Assembly (NCBI RefSeq): GCF_000017845.1
Contig: NC_010546.1
Span: 1,350,001-1,382,000, forward strand
Length of the DNA stretch: 32,000 bases
Reading direction: 5' to 3'
Source of the DNA: Crocosphaera subtropica ATCC 51142
GTDB lineage: Bacteria; Cyanobacteriota; Cyanobacteriia; Cyanobacteriales; Microcystaceae
Shown in pieces: positions 9,985 through 20,600 of this stretch. The notes below the pieces were generated by a model. It saw only the letters and a list, made by a program, of their open reading frames with translations, was not told the origin of the DNA and did not search any database. Every line of letters starts with the position of its first letter. Position 1 is the first letter of the stretch. A program made the position numbers and the translations under genes.

Positions 9985-10794
9985 ATGATGCACGGTTTTA
10001 TTCCCGCTCACCGCTTTTTTCCCTATTTATCTTGGACTGAAATAGACTCAATGGAAGATAAGGAAAATGTTGTTATCGTGCAACCCATCGGAGCGATCGA
10101 ACAACATGGACCCCATTTACCGATCGCAGTTGATTCTGCTATCAGTTTGGGGGTGTTGGGTAAAGCCTTAGAAAAGTTAGATTTAGAGATTCCTGCTTAT
10201 AGTTTACCTTGTCTTTATTATGGCAAATCTAATGAGCATTCCGGCTTTCCTGGAACCATTACTTTGAGTGCTACTACTTTATTATCGGTGATCACAGAAG
10301 TGGCTCAAAGTGTTTATAATTCAGGGTTTCGTAAACTGATTTTAATGAACTCCCACGGGGGACAACCGCAAATTATGGAAATTGCAGCCAGGGACATTCA
10401 TCAACACTATCAAGATTTTTCGGTGTTTCCTTTTTTTACTTGGCGAGTTCCTCATATTGCAGGAGAATTATTAACCCCTCAAGAGTTAGAGTATGGTATC
10501 CATGCAGGGGATGCAGAAACGAGCATTATTTTGTCTTTATTACCCGATCAAGTAAAAATGTCCCAAGCGGTTAAGGAATATCCTCAAGGGTTGCCAGAAG
10601 ATAGTTTAGTGAGTATGGAAGGAAAATTACCCTTTGCTTGGTTGACTAAAGAATTAACGAAAAGTGGCGTGATGGGAGATGCTACCGCAGCAACCAAAGA
10701 AAAAGGCGATCGCCTTTTAGCCTCTGTTTCTGATGGTTGGGTTCAAGTGATTAAAGATGTTTATCGTTTTAAGCAACCATTCCCTAAATTTTAA
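9985..10794 (+). CDS. Creatininase-family amidohydrolase
   Basis: 269 aa with IGAIEQHGPHLPIAVD, NSHGGQ and HAGDAETS, the typical creatininase/MftE-like metal-binding motifs. Confidence 0.8.
   Translation: MMHGFIPAHRFFPYLSWTEIDSMEDKENVVIVQPIGAIEQHGPHLPIAVDSAISLGVLGKALEKLDLEIPAYSLPCLYYGKSNEHSGFPGTITLSATTLLSVITEVAQSVYNSGFRKLILMNSHGGQPQIMEIAARDIHQHYQDFSVFPFFTWRVPHIAGELLTPQELEYGIHAGDAETSIILSLLPDQVKMSQAVKEYPQGLPEDSLVSMEGKLPFAWLTKELTKSGVMGDATAATKEKGDRLLASVSDGWVQVIKDVYRFKQPFPKF
10706..10748 (+). repeat. Direct repeat copy 1 (inside the 3' end of the creatininase-family gene)
   Basis: GCGATCGCCTTTTAGCCTCTGTTTCTGATGGTTGGGTTCAAGT matches 11518..11560 at 41 of 43 positions. It begins with a HIP1 site. 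Confidence 0.9.
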
Positions 10795-10800
10795 CCCTGC

Positions 10801-11016
10801 TTAACTTAATCCATCCCCAATGGTCATATCCCAATCTTCGTCAACCTCAGTAGAAGCCTTTCTATAAGCCTCTTCTAGTTCTTTTTTAGAAATAAATTCA
10901 ATAAATTCTTTTATCCATTTTCCTAAAGTCATTTCTTTATCAATCCAATTAGGAACTTGTGTTTCGTCAATTTCAATACCTAAAGTTTCTTCAAGAGCAA
11001 ATACAAGCTCCAACAT
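10801..11016 (-). CDS. Hypothetical protein, possibly a 5'-truncated remnant
   Basis: 71-aa ORF. The same frame stays open for 32 further codons upstream (to 11112) without any ATG, GTG or TTG. The stretch ...LPNSNWDMLELVFALEETLGIEIDE loosely resembles ACP helix II (LGLDSLDxVELVMALEE), but the Ser position is not conserved. The product is unknown. Confidence 0.35.
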   Translation of the reverse strand: MLELVFALEETLGIEIDETQVPNWIDKEMTLGKWIKEFIEFISKKELEEAYRKASTEVDEDWDMTIGDGLS

Positions 11017-11081
11017 ATCCCAATTTGAATTGGGAAGATTTATAATATTCAGAAAGCTATCATCTGGATAAAACTTATTAG

Positions 11082-11297
11082 CAGGAACGCGAAAAGCTTT
11101 TTCTATCGGACATTAAGTTAGAATGGATAGAGAAAACGATAAACAAGCCAATAAAAAGGGAAACTCAAGATGATGGAAGAATTCGATGCTGGTCGAAAAT
11201 TGAAGAAAAAAATGGCAAGTATTTACGAGTTATTCTTTTAGAAGATGGAGAAACTGTTCATAATGCTTTCTTTGACAGAAATTTTAAAGAGACATAA
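11082..11297 (+). pseudogene. DUF4258-like (toxin-like) gene fragment lacking its start
   Basis: The open frame reads QEREKLFLSDIKLEWIEKTINKPIKRETQDDGRIRCWSKIEEKNGKYLRVILLEDGETVHNAFFDRNFKET*. It has no in-frame ATG, GTG or TTG. It ends 3 nt before the DUF2283 ATG, which is typical TA-pair coupling. Confidence 0.55.
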
Positions 11298-11300
11298 ACC

Positions 11301-11498
11301 ATGAAAATTCAATATTTTGAAGAAACGGACACACTGTATATTATTTTCTCTAAAAACTCTCCTGTAGAAACAAGGGATCTAGACGAAAATACTTTAATAG
11401 ATTTAGATGAAAATGGACAAATGTGTAGTATGACCATTGAACACGCAAAGAACAGGGTTGATATTCCAAATATTGAATATACAACCATCAAAAGGTAA
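11301..11498 (+). CDS. DUF2283-family small protein (antitoxin-like partner of DUF4258)
   Basis: 65 aa: MKIQYFEETDTLYIIFSKNSPVETRDLDENTLIDLDENGQMCSMTIEHAK. This fits the DUF2283 pattern MKI.YD.E.D.LYI.F...........ILD.DE.G...GIEIL.A. Confidence 0.75.
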   Translation: MKIQYFEETDTLYIIFSKNSPVETRDLDENTLIDLDENGQMCSMTIEHAKNRVDIPNIEYTTIKR

Positions 11499-11517
11499 TT
11501 TTATAAATAACCAACAA

Positions 11518-11560
11518 GCGATCGCTTATTAGCCTCTGTTTCTGATGGTTGGGTTCAAGT
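11518..11560 (+). repeat. Direct repeat copy 2 (orphan copy of the creatininase-gene 3' end)
   Basis: GCGATCGCTTATTAGCCTCTGTTTCTGATGGTTGGGTTCAAGT. In the equivalent frame it encodes DRLLASVSDGWVQVI followed by TAA. Both differences from copy 1 fall in one Leu codon (CTT versus TTA) and are synonymous. Confidence 0.9.
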
Positions 11561-11729
11561 TATTTAAGTCATTATTTTACAATTTACTGTTTGAGAAATT
11601 AATCAGTCTTGTTGATATTTTGATGTTTTTACCAATTGAGACAGAGTAATTTTTAGACAGGAATCTTTATGATTTTCACATACAATATTTTTGCGATAAT
11701 TACTATTTTGTTAAAATAGTTTCAACAGC

Positions 11730-11761
11730 GAACAGTGATAACTGGTAACTGTTCACTGTTC
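11730..11761 (-). terminator. Hairpin just downstream of the jag stop codon
   Basis: GAACAGTGA (11730..11738) pairs with TCACTGTTC (11753..11761), a 9-bp stem with a 14-nt loop. An alternative inner pairing AACAGT/ACTGTT exists. There is no clean U-tract on the minus strand, so its function is uncertain. Confidence 0.3.
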
Positions 11762-11766
11762 ACTAA

Positions 11767-12267
11767 CTAATATCTCGGTTTAACAATCAAACGACGATTC
11801 GGTTCTTGTCCTCTACTTTCTGTGGCAATATCTTCAACATTCTTAAAAAAGGAATGAATCTGACGACGTTCAGCCGAAGAAAGGGCGGTCATTTCTATTT
11901 CTTGACCTGTTTGACGAACCCGTTGAGCAATATCTTCTGTGAGGGTTTTTAATTGTTCGAGACGCTGCAAACGATACCCATTCAATTCTACGGTAAAGCC
12001 TTGTTGTTCAGCACTATCAACGGTTAAATTAATCAGAGTATTAGCCAAATATTGAATTGCGTCAACGCCTTCTCCTTTCTCTCCTAATAACATCAATATT
12101 TTCTCAAGGGGTAACTGAGTTTCATCGATGATTAACCAACATTCCTCAGTGTTTTCCAGTTCATTTTCCCGATACTCAATTCCAACACCAGTAGGAAATC
12201 CCATCAATGTTAAAAGGTTTTCTAACCATTCTTGACCTATGTGTTTTTCTTGTTCCATAGTAAGCAC
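11767..12267 (-). CDS. jag: Jag/KhpB-type RNA-binding protein (Jag_N, KH and R3H domains)
   Basis: 166 aa. The C-terminus carries an R3H-like ...LSSAERRQIHSFF...ESRGQEPNRRLIVKP. It sits immediately downstream of yidC, as in the conserved yidC-jag operon. Confidence 0.85.
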   Translation of the reverse strand: MLTMEQEKHIGQEWLENLLTLMGFPTGVGIEYRENELENTEECWLIIDETQLPLEKILMLLGEKGEGVDAIQYLANTLINLTVDSAEQQGFTVELNGYRLQRLEQLKTLTEDIAQRVRQTGQEIEMTALSSAERRQIHSFFKNVEDIATESRGQEPNRRLIVKPRY

Positions 12268-12391
12268 TTGAACCTATATTTTATCTATCTTGCCTTTATA
12301 TTACTTCTGGACAAAACATCCATTCTTTTGGCTATTATTTGGTGTTGTGCTAAAACGCATAATAAAAATGCGTTTTAGCTTAGTTAACAAC

Positions 12392-13528
12392 TTACGAGGT
12401 TTTCTCTTTTTTCTTAGAACGCTTTTCAAAAGGAAGGGTTTCTCTTCCTTTTTCTGTTTTTTCTTGTTCTTCAAGTAACTTTTGCAAGTTTTCTGGTAAG
12501 GGTTCCCGCATTAAGACGAGGGTTTGTAGGGTTTGAAAAACGTTAGCCACCACAATATACATTAAAACCCCAGCTGGTAAGGGGAAAAAGAGAAACATTC
12601 CACTAAAAAGAAGGGGTGTAATCTTATTGATAGCCTGTTGTTGTTGGGCCCCACCTCCAGAAGAACCGGATAATTCTTGGTTGATATAAATACTGGCACC
12701 AAAAAAGAGAATCATCCCTAAAATATCGTAGTTAATGGTTCCATCATCATTCACGACACCCACTTGTCCTAAAGCTTTGATAAAGAGAAATCCGGTATTA
12801 GCAGCAATCCCTGGAATCGTCGCTTGAATAGTGGCTTCTCCGGGGGCTAAAGCTTCAATGGTTCCATCTTCATTGATTTTAACTCTTTCTTCCCCTTTGG
12901 TAACTTCATAAGTGGGTTGAATGTCACTTTCAGGGTTTTGCTCGACTAATTTAGATAAGGATTTTCCTTCGCTGGTTTGGAATTCGATGTTTGTCTTTTC
13001 TCCAACCCCTAGCTTATTGCCTCCGGGTAACAAGGCAGCAATGGGATAATGAACACCATCGCTGACGTAGATGTTATTGGTTTTGGTGGCGTAGGGTTGG
13101 GGGACAACTCGCTCAATTTGTTCTGAGGGTAAAATCTGTACATCAACCGTATAGTTAATGTTAGCAAAGGGCGATCCTCTCAAAGTGGCAAATAAAGCGA
13201 ATAAAATAGGCATTTGTAGTAAGAGGGGCAAACACCCAGCTAAGGGGTTACCAAACTCTTGCATCAGTTTGCCCATTTCTTCTTGCTGTTTAGTGGGATC
13301 ATCTTTATAACGACGCTGAATTTCTGCTTGTCGTTCTTTCATTAAAGGTTGAGTGATCCGCATTTTACGCATATTGCGAATTTGGCCTGCACTTAGGGGG
13401 TACAAACCGAAGCGAATGACTAGGGTTAGGGCAATAATCGCAAAACCGTAGCTTGGCACAATCCCGTAGAAAAAATCCAGGATTGGCAACATAATATTTG
13501 TGGAAATAAATCCGATACCAAAATCCAT
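12392..13528 (-). CDS. yidC: Membrane protein insertase YidC/Oxa1/Alb3 family
   Basis: 378 aa with [40 protein letters not shown] and [18 protein letters not shown]. The C-terminal tail is basic. Confidence 0.92.
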   Translation of the reverse strand: MDFGIGFISTNIMLPILDFFYGIVPSYGFAIIALTLVIRFGLYPLSAGQIRNMRKMRITQPLMKERQAEIQRRYKDDPTKQQEEMGKLMQEFGNPLAGCLPLLLQMPILFALFATLRGSPFANINYTVDVQILPSEQIERVVPQPYATKTNNIYVSDGVHYPIAALLPGGNKLGVGEKTNIEFQTSEGKSLSKLVEQNPESDIQPTYEVTKGEERVKINEDGTIEALAPGEATIQATIPGIAANTGFLFIKALGQVGVVNDDGTINYDILGMILFFGASIYINQELSGSSGGGAQQQQAINKITPLLFSGMFLFFPLPAGVLMYIVVANVFQTLQTLVLMREPLPENLQKLLEEQEKTEKGRETLPFEKRSKKKEKTS

Positions 13529-13637
13529 TCGTCTTAATCCAAGTAATTCCCCTATGGGGTGAGCTTTTGTCTAATCTATTCAATAATAGGAATGAGTAAC
13601 ACAAGGGTTAGCTCAATCCTGATGTTGAGGTTAGAAG

Positions 13638-14033
13638 TTATTGGGCAGTAATCGCTTCAACAGATTTTCCTGTCTTATCGGCGACTCTTTCGGCCATATA
13701 ATCATAAATTTCTCGGAAGCGAGGAACGGCTCGCATTTCTAAGCGACTTTTATCCCTAAGGGTAACAACAATATCTCCCCATAATCCAATTCCACGGGGG
13801 ATTTTGGCAATTTTTACAATTTCGCCGTATATTATATCAGTGCGATCGTTACCCATCCAACCGCCAGTGATAGAAATACGGCGATCGGTAATACGATAAC
13901 GTAACCAAATAGCCCGCACGATCGCCCCAACAGTCAAGGGCAAACAGATTACGGTGAATCCTAACAATATATTAATGATTAAATCCCCAATGTGAGGGCC
14001 CCCTTCATAAAATGTGTTTTCTCTTATACCCAT
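13638..14033 (-). CDS. Bacterial PH-domain (YdbS/DUF304-like) membrane protein conserved between rnpA and yidC
   Basis: 131 aa. An N-terminal hydrophobic hairpin (LIINILLGFTVICLPLTVGAIV) is followed by RYRITDRRISITGG...IVVTLRD. It overlaps rnpA by 29 nt. Confidence 0.75.
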   Translation of the reverse strand: MGIRENTFYEGGPHIGDLIINILLGFTVICLPLTVGAIVRAIWLRYRITDRRISITGGWMGNDRTDIIYGEIVKIAKIPRGIGLWGDIVVTLRDKSRLEMRAVPRFREIYDYMAERVADKTGKSVEAITAQ

Positions 14034-14388
14034 AAATTATCTCGGCGTTAATTAACAACTCTTCTAATTCTCGCAAAAAATGTTCATATTTGCACTCTGT
14101 TGTGTTACGCTTGACCACAATCACCACCTGATAACCTGGCTTGATCTTAGGTAAAAAAAGACGAATTACTGCTTTAATTTGTCGTTTTAAGCGATTGCGA
14201 ATCACTGCTTTTTTACTCACCTTTTGGCTAACGGAAATACCAAATTGGGTTGGTGGTGTACAGTCTTGTTGGTCAGCTTGCCAAAATACCCGCATAACCA
14301 AGTGGGGACTTTGATAGCGTTTTCCTCGGTTATAAACGGTTTGGAATATCTTGGGATGTCTTAGGCGGTGTTGTTTGGGTAATCCCAC
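14005..14388 (-). CDS. rnpA: Ribonuclease P protein component
   Basis: 127 aa basic protein with GLPKQHRLRH..F..VY and the RNR-like motif KAVIRNRLKRQIK. It lies directly downstream of rpmH. Confidence 0.9.
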   Translation of the reverse strand: MGLPKQHRLRHPKIFQTVYNRGKRYQSPHLVMRVFWQADQQDCTPPTQFGISVSQKVSKKAVIRNRLKRQIKAVIRLFLPKIKPGYQVVIVVKRNTTECKYEHFLRELEELLINAEIIYGYKRKHIL

Positions 14389-14425
14389 AGTTGCCCATAA
14401 TGGTTAATAATTTATTGTGGGGAAT

Positions 14426-14563
14426 CTACACGGATAAACGATGTCTTCCTTTTTTACGCCTTGCTTGAATGACTTTTCGGCCATTACTTTTTCTCATGCG
14501 CGCACGAAATCCTGACGTTCTTTTTTGTTTGCGATTGGTTCCCCCTAAGGTACGCTGAGTCAC
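14426..14563 (-). CDS. rpmH: 50S ribosomal protein L34
   Basis: Too short for the ORF track. The reverse complement reads GTG ACT CAG CGT... = (M)[44 protein letters not shown], 45 aa. It starts with GTG, with GGAGGA 9 nt upstream. Confidence 0.9.
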   Translation of the reverse strand: MTQRTLGGTNRKQKRTSGFRARMRKSNGRKVIQARRKKGRHRLSV

Positions 14564-14663
14564 AATTATTGTCCTCCAAAAACGTTATTTTTGTTTAAGT
14601 CTTTAAATACACAGTCTACAATGATAACACATTGATAGGTACTAGAACAACTTTTTCTGTAAC

Positions 14664-17600
14664 CTAGAATTTATTTTCGTAGCGAATCGTTGCTTCATCG
14701 AGAGTATAGTCATAAGAAAAGCGAATTAAAGCATTATCTTCGAGTTTATAAACCGTTTCTAGCACAGGAAATAACCGTAAGTTAGTTAATCCAATATTCT
14801 CACCAAATTGGGTTGTTTGTTGATTCGTTTCAAAAATCCAATCTTGTAGGAAAGGCAATATTACTACTGCTGATTGTACCACCCCGGTTTCTAGCAATTG
14901 ACTCGAATTTTGTCCTTGTAATTGTTCAACCAGTTCAGGAAGTTGTTGACCAAATAAAGTGGATAATTCAGTATTAGTTAAGGGAGGGTTACTCGAAAAA
15001 GAAACAATCGGCGATCGCAATAAATCTCCGATAGAGTTAGCCCCCAAATTATTAACTTCAATACATCTCGCTAAAGCTCTTAGATTTTCAGGTGAGGTTT
15101 TATTATAATTTTCAATCGGTGGAGAAGTTTGGTTATTAAATTGACAAACATCTCCAATAATATTACTAACATTAGGTAACACTTCATTAGCACTTCCTTG
15201 TACATTTAATGTAATTTCTGCTGATTTTGCTCTACCACTTTGTACAATGTCATCAGGAATTTCATTATCTTTAATCGAACGAAGAGCAACTGCAAAAATA
15301 TATAGTTTTAGTTCTAAATTAATCAGAGGATTTAATAAACCTTGTTCGGGTAAAAAGGTTAAAGTATTCTGGTTTTGATCGCTAATAAAAACACGAGTCA
15401 CCGGTATATTTACTTGTCCACTATTTATTTTGATTTGTCCTGATGGTTCAACGCTTAAGATTTCTATTAAAGATAAACGATTAATTTGACCATTTAAAGT
15501 TAAATTGCCACTAAGATTAAGATTAGCACCAATATTAAGAAAGTTTCTAGCAATGAGACGAGTTGTTTCGTTTTTAACAGTAATATTATCAAGGGTTATT
15601 TTAAAATCCTTTAATTTTGGAGGAATAACAATATTCCCCTCAGAAGCAATGGTTCCTAACCACTTTTCTAACACAAGGGATGTTTCTTCTGGTTTTAAAT
15701 TTAACTTAGGTAGATTTAATTTCCCTTCTGTCAAGTTAATATTTCCGCTAATTTGTGGGTTAATTAATGCTCCTGTAATTAAAACCTCACCATTAATTAA
15801 GCCTTGATAAATTCCTGAGTTATTGACTTCATTTTGTCTAACTTGGATAGTGAGAGGATTATTAACATTTTGCTCATTTTGAAGAGGTAATAAGGGTAAA
15901 CTTCCTGTAATACCTAGGCGACTCTTTACAACATTTAGGGTTAATTGATCAACATTAATACTTCTGTTTTTTATGTTAGCTTGTCCATTCAAAGTAATTA
16001 GAGTCGGAATTAAATTATTTGTGAATTTTGCCTCATCTAAATTTAAGCTAATTTGGCTATCGGAATCTAGAGAAATTCTTAATTGATTATCGATAGAAAT
16101 TTTACCTTGAATATTAGCTGTAACGTTCCCGTCTCCTCCTACCCAAATAACTTGATCGAGAGTTAAAGGTGATAATAAAGCAAAAGCTTCTCGTCCTAAA
16201 TTTGCTCTAATTATAAACTGATCATTTTTATTTTCTACAATAGGAAAAGGTAGATTAGCAGAAATATTGATATATTCAGGTTGATTGGTTGCTACCTGTA
16301 ACTTATCATTACTATAATTAAATTGACCAATTAAGTCGATATTAAGAGGTCGAGCATTAATGACCCCTTCATTAAATGCAAAAATCCCGTTAATAATGGG
16401 ATTATTTAATGTTCCATTTAGAACGCCTTTTACATGAATAGAACCGTTAACATCACTAGGAATAACAATTAAATTACGCACTAAATCTAAAGTTAAGTTT
16501 TTGACTTCAAAACCTGATGATTCTAGAGAATACTGACCACTATTATAGGATAAATTGAGGATACCTGATGCAGTTGCTGACCCTAGTTGAATCATAGGAT
16601 TAACAGAAACGGTTCCATCTTTAAATTGTCCATTGATAGCTATTTTATCAATAGGAATAACCTGTGAACCTTCCATAACTAATCCTAATGGTTGTACAAT
16701 TGAAGCGGTAGAAGGTTGAGGATTCCATGTCCATTCATTTCCTTGAAACTGAATAGCAACTTGAGGATTTTTAATGGTTCCACCTAAAATCATTTCTGCA
16801 TTATATTGGCCTTTTATATCCAATTCTCTTGGTAAATCTCCTGCTTGAGTTTTGGCAAAAATTTCTTTTATTTTCTGATCATTTTTCCAGAATATATATA
16901 GTTGTTCAGCAATAGAATTTAAAGTGTTTCCCACAGGGTTAAGTTTAACATTTTCTGCTGTAGTAAAGTTAGGTTGTTTCAGTCGAAGTAACCTTAGTAA
17001 ACTATCCCAATTATATAATTGTAGGGCAGTTAATAAATCTTGAATTTTTCCTTGATCAATATCAATTTTTCCTTGAACCTCTCCTGAATTAATATTTAAG
17101 CTACCAACAATATTATAATTACTATTTCCTATAGTTAATTGGGTTCTTTCTAGTAAAATTAATTCATCTCTATAGATTAACGATGCTTCAAATTGATTAG
17201 CGACTACATTCCCAAAACGAGGTGATGTAATGGTTACTTTTCCTACTGTATTTAAGTCCGATGGGTTAAAGCTAATTTCTAAATTAATTAAACCCCCTAA
17301 ATATTCAGGTAATCCATAGTTACCTAATGGTGCTATTTTCAAGATATCGATAGGTAAACTTTCTATATTAGCGACTAAATTATCATTGTTACGTTCTACC
17401 CTAGCAAGAATAGGAGTATTATTATTATAAGTTTGGCGAATTTCAAAGGAATCAATGATAGAAACCAAAGGACAATTTTCTTGAAAACAAGGATTAATAA
17501 TAGCAGAAATTTTATCTTGTCTTCCTTCTATATTTAGAGAAATTTGATTGAAAGTATTTATATTTAGTTCACCACTTAATTCTGGTTCAAATTGTTGTTC

Positions 17601-20600
17601 ATTAAAACTTAAATTTGCTAAATTGACATCACCAATTATCTGTAAATTTCCTTGTAAGAACGGTGCAGTTAACAGATTTTTTCCTAATAAACTTCCTATA
17701 AAGTTACCTTTTCCTATTAATTCTATTGTTGTTGGTAAGAGTTGTCGATTAATAGGAATTTTATCTAATAATTGTGTCAGGGGTAATTCACTCAAATCAA
17801 AATTTGTATCAATATCAAAGAAAAAGCGTTCAATATCTGGAGAAGTCCAAATATTAGAAACAACAAAGTCTCCCTTTCCTTTAAGATTTTGTTTTCCTAC
17901 TTCTAAAGATACTCTATTAACTGTGAAAGGAATTAATGAAGCGGATGTTAAAAGAGGAGTCAAAGGAAAAGACGCATTAATTTTACTATTTAATTTATCA
18001 GAGGTGAAAGTAGAAAACAAACCAGTATTGAAACTGGATAAATCAATATTTTGTGTTGTTATATCACCTGAAATTTGATCATTATTTATTTTTCCATCAA
18101 TGGTTACAATTCCATTTCCTATTTCTAGTTCTGTATGGGTGTTTCCCTGAAAATCTTTAAAATTTAATGCTAGTAGAGATGATAGATTTCCTGTAAAATT
18201 CGTTTCTGCTTTTCTAACGTTTATAATAGGATATCCCTCAATAATAAATGGTGCAACAGCTAAGGGAGTTAAACTAGCATTTCCTTTGATGATGCCCTCA
18301 CTTATTTCTGTTGTTGCTGTTATGCTTCGATTAGCAATTAATAGATCACTATTAGCAGTAATTTGTAAATTGTTAAGGTTGGATATTAAATTAGAAAAAG
18401 TTAGCGATCGCAATTCTCCTGTTATATTAATATCACTATTGACTAAGTTAACAGGAATTGGGAGTTTAGGAACAATTTGATTAACCGATAAACTGTTAAT
18501 GTTAGCAACTACTTCTAAAGACTCATTTTCTAGTTTACCTATTGCTGTCACTAGACTATCTTCTATTCTAAGGACTATATTTCCATCCCCATTAATTTCA
18601 CTTAAGTTAAGGCTTCCATTACTCCAAATAGTTTCTAAATTACCCGAAATATTCAAACGAGAATCACTAATTGATACAGCAACAGGTAGGTTAGGAATAA
18701 AAGAATCAAGAGGCAGTTCTAATGTAGTAATATTTGTTTGTAATTGATTCTTATTAAGATTGCTATTAATGATAATTTTTCCTTTTTCAACAGATAACAA
18801 AAGATTTGAATTAACATCAAGGGATTGGATAAAAGATTGATTAATCTCTCCAGATAAACGAATATTGCCTTGTTGTAAAATTAAATTTTTAGGACATTGA
18901 AGCTTGATTTCAATACAAATAAGAGCAGCAAAAGGAGTTAAACTTAGTGACTCTGTATTGATAGAAGATTGCCATTTTTTTGTTGTTAAATTTCCACTAC
19001 CTGTAATATCTATAATTCCCTGTGCGGCACGAATAGCTGTATCTTTCAACAATAAATTATTTTGTCTGATAACAATCTCCCCTTGACCAAGAATAGTCGT
19101 ATTAGGTTGTGAAAAATTACCTGAAGTTTGCCATTCTATTAAACCATTGATATCACCTAATTTTCCTCTTAATTCTCCCTTTGCTTGTAAAATATTCAAA
19201 TTTAGATTAGAAGGTAAAGTATAATATGTATTAATTAACTTTTGACTCGGTAAAGCAGTTTGAAAGTTTAGTTGAATAGGAAATTGTTTAATATCAATTG
19301 GTTTCTTTTGTTCGATTAGTTGACTAATATTCTGTGTAATACTTCCCTTTGCTTGTATTTGTCCCCCTGCTTGGGGTTCAATTAAAAATTGTTCTAAGAC
19401 AGTTTCATCTAAAGTAACTTTAAATTCAGCTAAAATGGTTTTAAAAGGGGTTTTTTCTATGCTTATTAATTGATTATTAATAAATTTTCCTTGAATGATA
19501 GGATTAGTGATTAACCCAGTCACATTTACATTAATATTAAAGTTTCCATTTGCTTTGACTGGTAACTTAATGGGAATCACTTCCAAAACATTATCAATAT
19601 TTACATTTTGAACCTCAATTTTGATATTACTTCCCTTTTGCCAATCATAATATCCTTGTAGTGTCGTAAGAATATCTCCTAAAATAATTTTTCCTTGATT
19701 AATGAATATCTTATTGTCCTCAAATTGAACAGCCAAATCTGCTTGTATTGGTTTTTTAAGAGAGTTAGCTTTTGCCTGAAAATCCTCTAATTGTACATTT
19801 CCTTGCCCTTTAGTTTCTCTCAAATCTCGTAAAGAAGGTAAATTAAGATTCAAATTAGCTTTAAGATAACTCTCATCAAGATTAAAAGGAAGATTAGGGA
19901 AAATAGATAACCAAGCTTGTAAAGGTAATTGATTGAGTTGTAAGCTAATTTTACTTTTGGTACTTTTAACAAAAGTTTCCCCTTGCAGTTCAATTTCATT
20001 ACTCTCTACTAAACCTAAATTGATATCATAAAGCCACTTTCGCTGTTTACTTTTTTCATATTCTACATTTCCAGCTACTTTAATATTGACTGTTTTTTCT
20101 GATTGATAAGGTAATAAAATAATCTCAGTATTTTTAACATTAACCGATAAATCAAAATTAAGGGGGATAACTTCATCCGTGGCCTTGACATTTAACCATT
20201 GACCTGGTTTTTTTTCACGAATTTTAACCGTTACCTTTTGAGGAAAAACATTAACAGCTAACTTTCTTTGTAATAAAATTGTTAAAGGATTGAACGTAAC
20301 CTTAATCGTCTCAGCCGTTAACTGACTACTATATTCACTCGTCTCTGGAATATAAGCGTCCTCTAGCTGTAAACTGGTAAAAGAAAACCCCTCTAACTCA
20401 CCAATCTCAACGGGACGATAAATAACTTTACTGAGTTGTTTTTCTAACCAAGGAGGTAAATACTCCCTCAAAAAGAAACTTAACCCCGCATAACCGATGA
20501 AAACGAGAGTCACAGAAGTCGTTGCTATAATAATAGTTTTCGGTTGTCTAACAAATCTTAGAAAACGGTTAAACCGACTAGAAAAGGGATTTGGAGGTGG

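Noticed and set aside
10735-10750. GGTTGGGTTCAAGT, present in both direct-repeat copies, resembles a tRNA T-arm (GGTTCAAGTCC). This could have indicated a tRNA-type integration site.
   Set aside because: There is no following CC, no acceptor stem and no cloverleaf around either copy. Copy 1 is plainly coding sequence of the creatininase-family gene.
13365-13604. A 79-aa minus-strand ORF overlapping the yidC start, and a 62-aa plus-strand ORF at 12290..12478 overlapping the yidC 3' end.
   Set aside because: Both overlap the well-supported yidC gene out of frame or antisense. Both have implausible composition.
17548-18078. A 176-aa plus-strand ORF inside the tamB-like gene, together with similar ORFs at 15505..15807, 18286..18480, 18499..18747 and 18904..19086.
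   Set aside because: All are antisense to a 1983-aa ORF with clear family features. AT-rich, low-complexity sequence readily yields long spurious antisense frames. I saw no start context or motif in any of them.
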